A stretch of 21,395 nucleotides of DNA from Nitrososphaeraceae archaeon. GTDB taxonomy: Archaea > Thermoproteota > Nitrososphaeria > Nitrososphaerales > Nitrososphaeraceae. The notes beneath the pieces are model-generated. The model was not told where the DNA came from. It worked only from the letters and a program-made list of their open reading frames with translations, and made no database searches. Each line of letters opens with the position of its first letter. Positions within the stretch are counted from its first letter, which is position 1. Positions 18,111 to 21,395 of the stretch are shown here, piece after piece. Both the position numbers and the translations under genes were made by a program. The DNA lies in NCBI GenBank assembly GCA_035297365.1, contig DATGZA010000034.1:1-21395 (forward strand). The letters run 5' to 3'.

Positions 18111-18713
18111 ATGCAAAATGAAAATAATAAAATTGAAAAGATAAACGTTGTAGGAATAAAGGTTTTGGAACAAAATGGAATTAATATAGATGAAATAACA
18201 AAATTATTGGTATATAACGCATCAGTAGAATTTGCGGCTTATTACTATTTTACTAATTTGAGAATGCATTGTACAGGACAAGACGGAGAGAGTATTAAAG
18301 GAGTTATAGAGGATGCAAGATTAGAAGATTTAAGTCATTTTGAATCATCCTTGTCGAGAATATATGAATTGGGGGCAATACTACCTATTGATGCCCAAGA
18401 TTTCATAAGGATGTCGGGTTGTGAATTCCTTCAACTCCCTTCGCCTAACAAAACAGATTTAAAAGAAATACTACTAAAATGTTTAAAAGCTGAGCAGGGA
18501 GCTATAGTAAATTGGAATAAGTTATGTAACCTAACTAATGGTAAAGATCCTGCAACTTATGACATAGCCAAGGATATTCTACGAGAAGAGATTGAACATG
18601 AATCTTGGTTTTTAGAGTTGCTATATGGAAGACCATCAGGACATATGAGAAGGAAGTTTCCTGGAGAACGTCCTCACACGCATAAACATTCTAGATCATT
18701 AAATTTATCATAA
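18111..18713 (+). CDS. DPS-like (DPSL) ferritin-superfamily protein
   Basis: EFAAYYYF, EDARLEDLSHFE, SGC, KAEQGA, GKDPATY, EEIEHESWF and PSGH. Confidence 0.93.
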   Translation: MQNENNKIEKINVVGIKVLEQNGINIDEITKLLVYNASVEFAAYYYFTNLRMHCTGQDGESIKGVIEDARLEDLSHFESSLSRIYELGAILPIDAQDFIRMSGCEFLQLPSPNKTDLKEILLKCLKAEQGAIVNWNKLCNLTNGKDPATYDIAKDILREEIEHESWFLELLYGRPSGHMRRKFPGERPHTHKHSRSLNLS

Positions 18714-19101
18714 TCAGATAGCCGTAAGACATGATAGATAGTTATTACTATTTTATTAATTATTATTTTATCTAATTTGTATGAGAAAATAACTATTAAC
18801 TTTTTATTTTAAAGACATATATATTGAAATGAGTTCGAGGAAATTAAAAAAATAGTTTAATACACATAATATGGATATATGTTACGACAGTTTCAGGTTC
18901 AAGCTAATAGAAAACCTCATATGGATATGGATAATTCTACAGATAAATTACTAATATTAGAATTCTTACTGATCGATCAACACGTATTAAATACAATAAA
19001 CATGAAGATATCACACAAATTAACAATTACAATTATACTTTAATTTAATTGTCCATATTTTCAATATTTCAATTTTTATACTAAATAGGCATAAGTTTAT
19101 A

Positions 19102-19260
19102 TCAACATTCCTCACTATTTAATGATAACTTCTTTGTATCAATAGAAAGAAAAGTTTCTAATGCTTGTTCAATTACTTCATCGGTAGATATTTCACGTTT
19201 TTTTGCTTCAACCAAGGCCTTTTCCCAAATATCTTCATGAATATTTATTGTTTGTTTCAT
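19102..19260 (-). CDS. 52-aa ribbon-helix-helix (CopG/Arc-like) DNA-binding microprotein, not in the ORF track
   Basis: MKQTINIHEDIWEKALVEAKKREISTDEVIEQALETFLSIDTKKLSLNSEEC*: alternating beta strand KQTINI, helix A, the S-x2-E-x-I-x2-AL helix B signature. It lies antisense to the implausible 19165 + ORF. Confidence 0.75.
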   Translation of the reverse strand: MKQTINIHEDIWEKALVEAKKREISTDEVIEQALETFLSIDTKKLSLNSEEC

Positions 19261-19994
19261 ATTGATATAATTAGTATCTCCTTCTTTGAATTAATTTCTT
19301 TCGTTAAGATTATGTATTATAATGTAATAGCTATTTGTAAATTGGTAGGAATTATTTTAGAAGGGATAATCTTGAGCGTCATTAAGCCCCATTACTATCA
19401 TCATAATTTCTCTAATTTACGATTCATCATTGATGTTATCATATAAATTAGTTCTCCAATAATAACTCGACGAATTATACAGCTTTTTGACTCTAAATAA
19501 GAATACTGCTTAGTATCGCTTTGAATTCTAATGCGTAAAAGTTTCAGAGCGAGGCGGATTACTGAAATAAATTCTTAGAGTACTAGTTTTACTCCTCATC
19601 GCTTTTAGTTTTCAATGTTTGGCTTTAATTCTGCTTTAGAATGAAGATGATTATATGTAAATTTTGAATTTCTTCAATAAAATCAGGTAAAATGAGTTGC
19701 TTTTCTGAAGTATTTCATAACGGGATAGAAATTGAAGATTATCTCCTAGTTATGAACCTGTTATTATTGCTTTGATATTAAAATGATTTTAACATTTCCA
19801 ATAGCCAACATGCATTCCTTGATGGTTGCCTGAGTTCTAATGAATACTGATATCATGAAGACAGACTATCCAAGAATTTCATAGTATTTTAAAATCAATA
19901 TTAGTGAAACTATGTGGTAATTGTATAGATATAGCACCTAGTATAATTGCTAAAACCTGTATATAGATATATGATCTTGTGTATCTAAATTTTA

Positions 19995-21179
19995 CTAAAA
20001 AAAAGGACTTATAAAATAAATTGCAAATATTGCAAATACGGTAAAAGCGCCTATACTTGAAATAAGCCTTGTTTTATAATCATCAAAGAATATTCTGTAT
20101 GCAGAAATACAAATAAAAAAGTAGGGTAATAATATCATAATAACTGAAATACTTGCTAATTCTCCAAATTTATTTGAGATGAATAAAAGTAGGATGGAAA
20201 TTATCGCGACTATCGTTGTAGCCACTAAAGGCGTTCCACTAGAAGTTAAATCTTTTAGTATTGGCAATCCCAATTGGTAAGAGATATTTTGGAGTACTCT
20301 GGTTGTCCCAGCTATGTAAGCATTGATTGCAGAGAGCATCGCAATAATGCCAATTATTCCAACCACGATGTTGGAGTTCTTTATGATTAATCCATATGCA
20401 CTAGCAAGCGGGGCAGAAGAATTAGCAAGAACATAACTTCCTACCGAACCAATTAGAGAAATATTTAAAAAAATATACACAAATATGGTAATTGCTATAA
20501 CTATTTTGAGTGATCTATATACTATTTTTTGTCCACCTTTTGTCTCATAAGAAAATAATGCTGCTATTTCAAATCCTGTAAAACACCAATAAACTATTAC
20601 GATTGCCTTTAAAAAATCAAAACTTGAAGAAGGATAAAAAGGATGGAAATTACTTTCATTTAAAAATGGAAGTAAAAGAATAGATAATATAATTATAGGT
20701 GAAATTTTTGCGATTGTTAGTATAATTTCTGTCTTTCCAGACAAATATAATCCTTTTACATTTATTAGACAAAATACCGCAATTATACAAATTTCAACAA
20801 TCATGATAAGGTCGATATCATGAATTCCAAAAGAGAAAATATATTGTCCAATTCCAGATGCTATTGTTGAAATTCCAAATACCGATGATACAATATATAA
20901 AATAACGAGTGAAATAGATATCCTTTTACCAAATACTTTTGAAAATAAATGATAAAAAGCTCCTGTAGCGGGATATTTGGATGAAGACTTTGCAAGAGAA
21001 TACATAACGCATGATGCAGATAGTGAAGCAAATAACCAAGCAATTATAGAACTTGAACCAGCAATTCCTGCAGCTATCCCTGGAACAATAAATATTCCAG
21101 AGCCTATTGTTCCTCCAAGACCAAGACTAACTAGATCAAATAGACCTATAGATTTTCTGTATCCTTTTCTTGTCACCAT
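19995..21179 (-). CDS. APC-superfamily amino acid permease
   Basis: GLGGTIGSGIF (TM1), YPATGAFY, WCFTGFE (TM6) and 11-12 hydrophobic segments. Confidence 0.93.
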   Translation of the reverse strand: MVTRKGYRKSIGLFDLVSLGLGGTIGSGIFIVPGIAAGIAGSSSIIAWLFASLSASCVMYSLAKSSSKYPATGAFYHLFSKVFGKRISISLVILYIVSSVFGISTIASGIGQYIFSFGIHDIDLIMIVEICIIAVFCLINVKGLYLSGKTEIILTIAKISPIIILSILLLPFLNESNFHPFYPSSSFDFLKAIVIVYWCFTGFEIAALFSYETKGGQKIVYRSLKIVIAITIFVYIFLNISLIGSVGSYVLANSSAPLASAYGLIIKNSNIVVGIIGIIAMLSAINAYIAGTTRVLQNISYQLGLPILKDLTSSGTPLVATTIVAIISILLLFISNKFGELASISVIMILLPYFFICISAYRIFFDDYKTRLISSIGAFTVFAIFAIYFISPFF

Positions 21180-21395
21180 TCATTAATCGCTATTATCTTA
21201 ATGATTAATTTTACTGGAATTATTGTAGATTAAGCTAATAGACATAACATGAAGATGATAAATGCAACACTTCAGAATATAGTAGGATACAGACCATCAT
21301 TATTATAATTATCAAGTTACAACAGCATATGAATCTCAGCTAGGATTATTCATGAATGAATAGATGCAGAAGATTATTAATACGATTGGAAAAGA

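Noticed and set aside
18879-19043. 54-aa + ORF MLRQFQVQANRKPHMDMD...
   Set aside because: No motif or convincing promoter; it cannot be distinguished from chance.
15831-21186. ORFs 15831-16217, 19165-19446, 20861-21043 and 20977-21186
   Set aside because: Shadows of the CBS, RHH and APC genes; 19165-19446 is an F/I-rich antisense artefact.

Overview
AT-rich (roughly 30% GC by eye), gene-sparse archaeal DNA. The DUF6659-type protein, secreted cupredoxin, NirK-like two-domain copper protein, thaumarchaeal-type DPSL and leaderless TATA promoters point to an ammonia-oxidising archaeon (Nitrososphaeraceae; host identity is inferred). The left end is a [NiFe]-hydrogenase locus: the 3' end of a maturation protease, a two-gene group-3-like hydrogenase whose small subunit is minimal with an atypical CCEDS ligand motif, then hypE, a tandem metal-finger protein and a HEPN-like protein. 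The rest is a loose stress/energy island: class II aldolase, DUF6659 protein, a 4xCBS-HPF/RaiA fusion (candidate ribosome hibernation factor), AMP phosphorylase without its usual partners, VIT1/CCC1, a Rhod-Rhod-MBL enzyme with a secreted partner, cupredoxin, CBS pair, a NirK-like protein lacking the catalytic His, DPSL and an APC permease. Two microproteins missed by the ORF track were found by manual translation: a 53-aa Cys/His zinc finger (14837-14998, -) and a 52-aa ribbon-helix-helix protein (19102-19260, -). No rRNA, intact tRNA, CRISPR array or transposase was seen. All family calls are from motif recognition; no searches were run.
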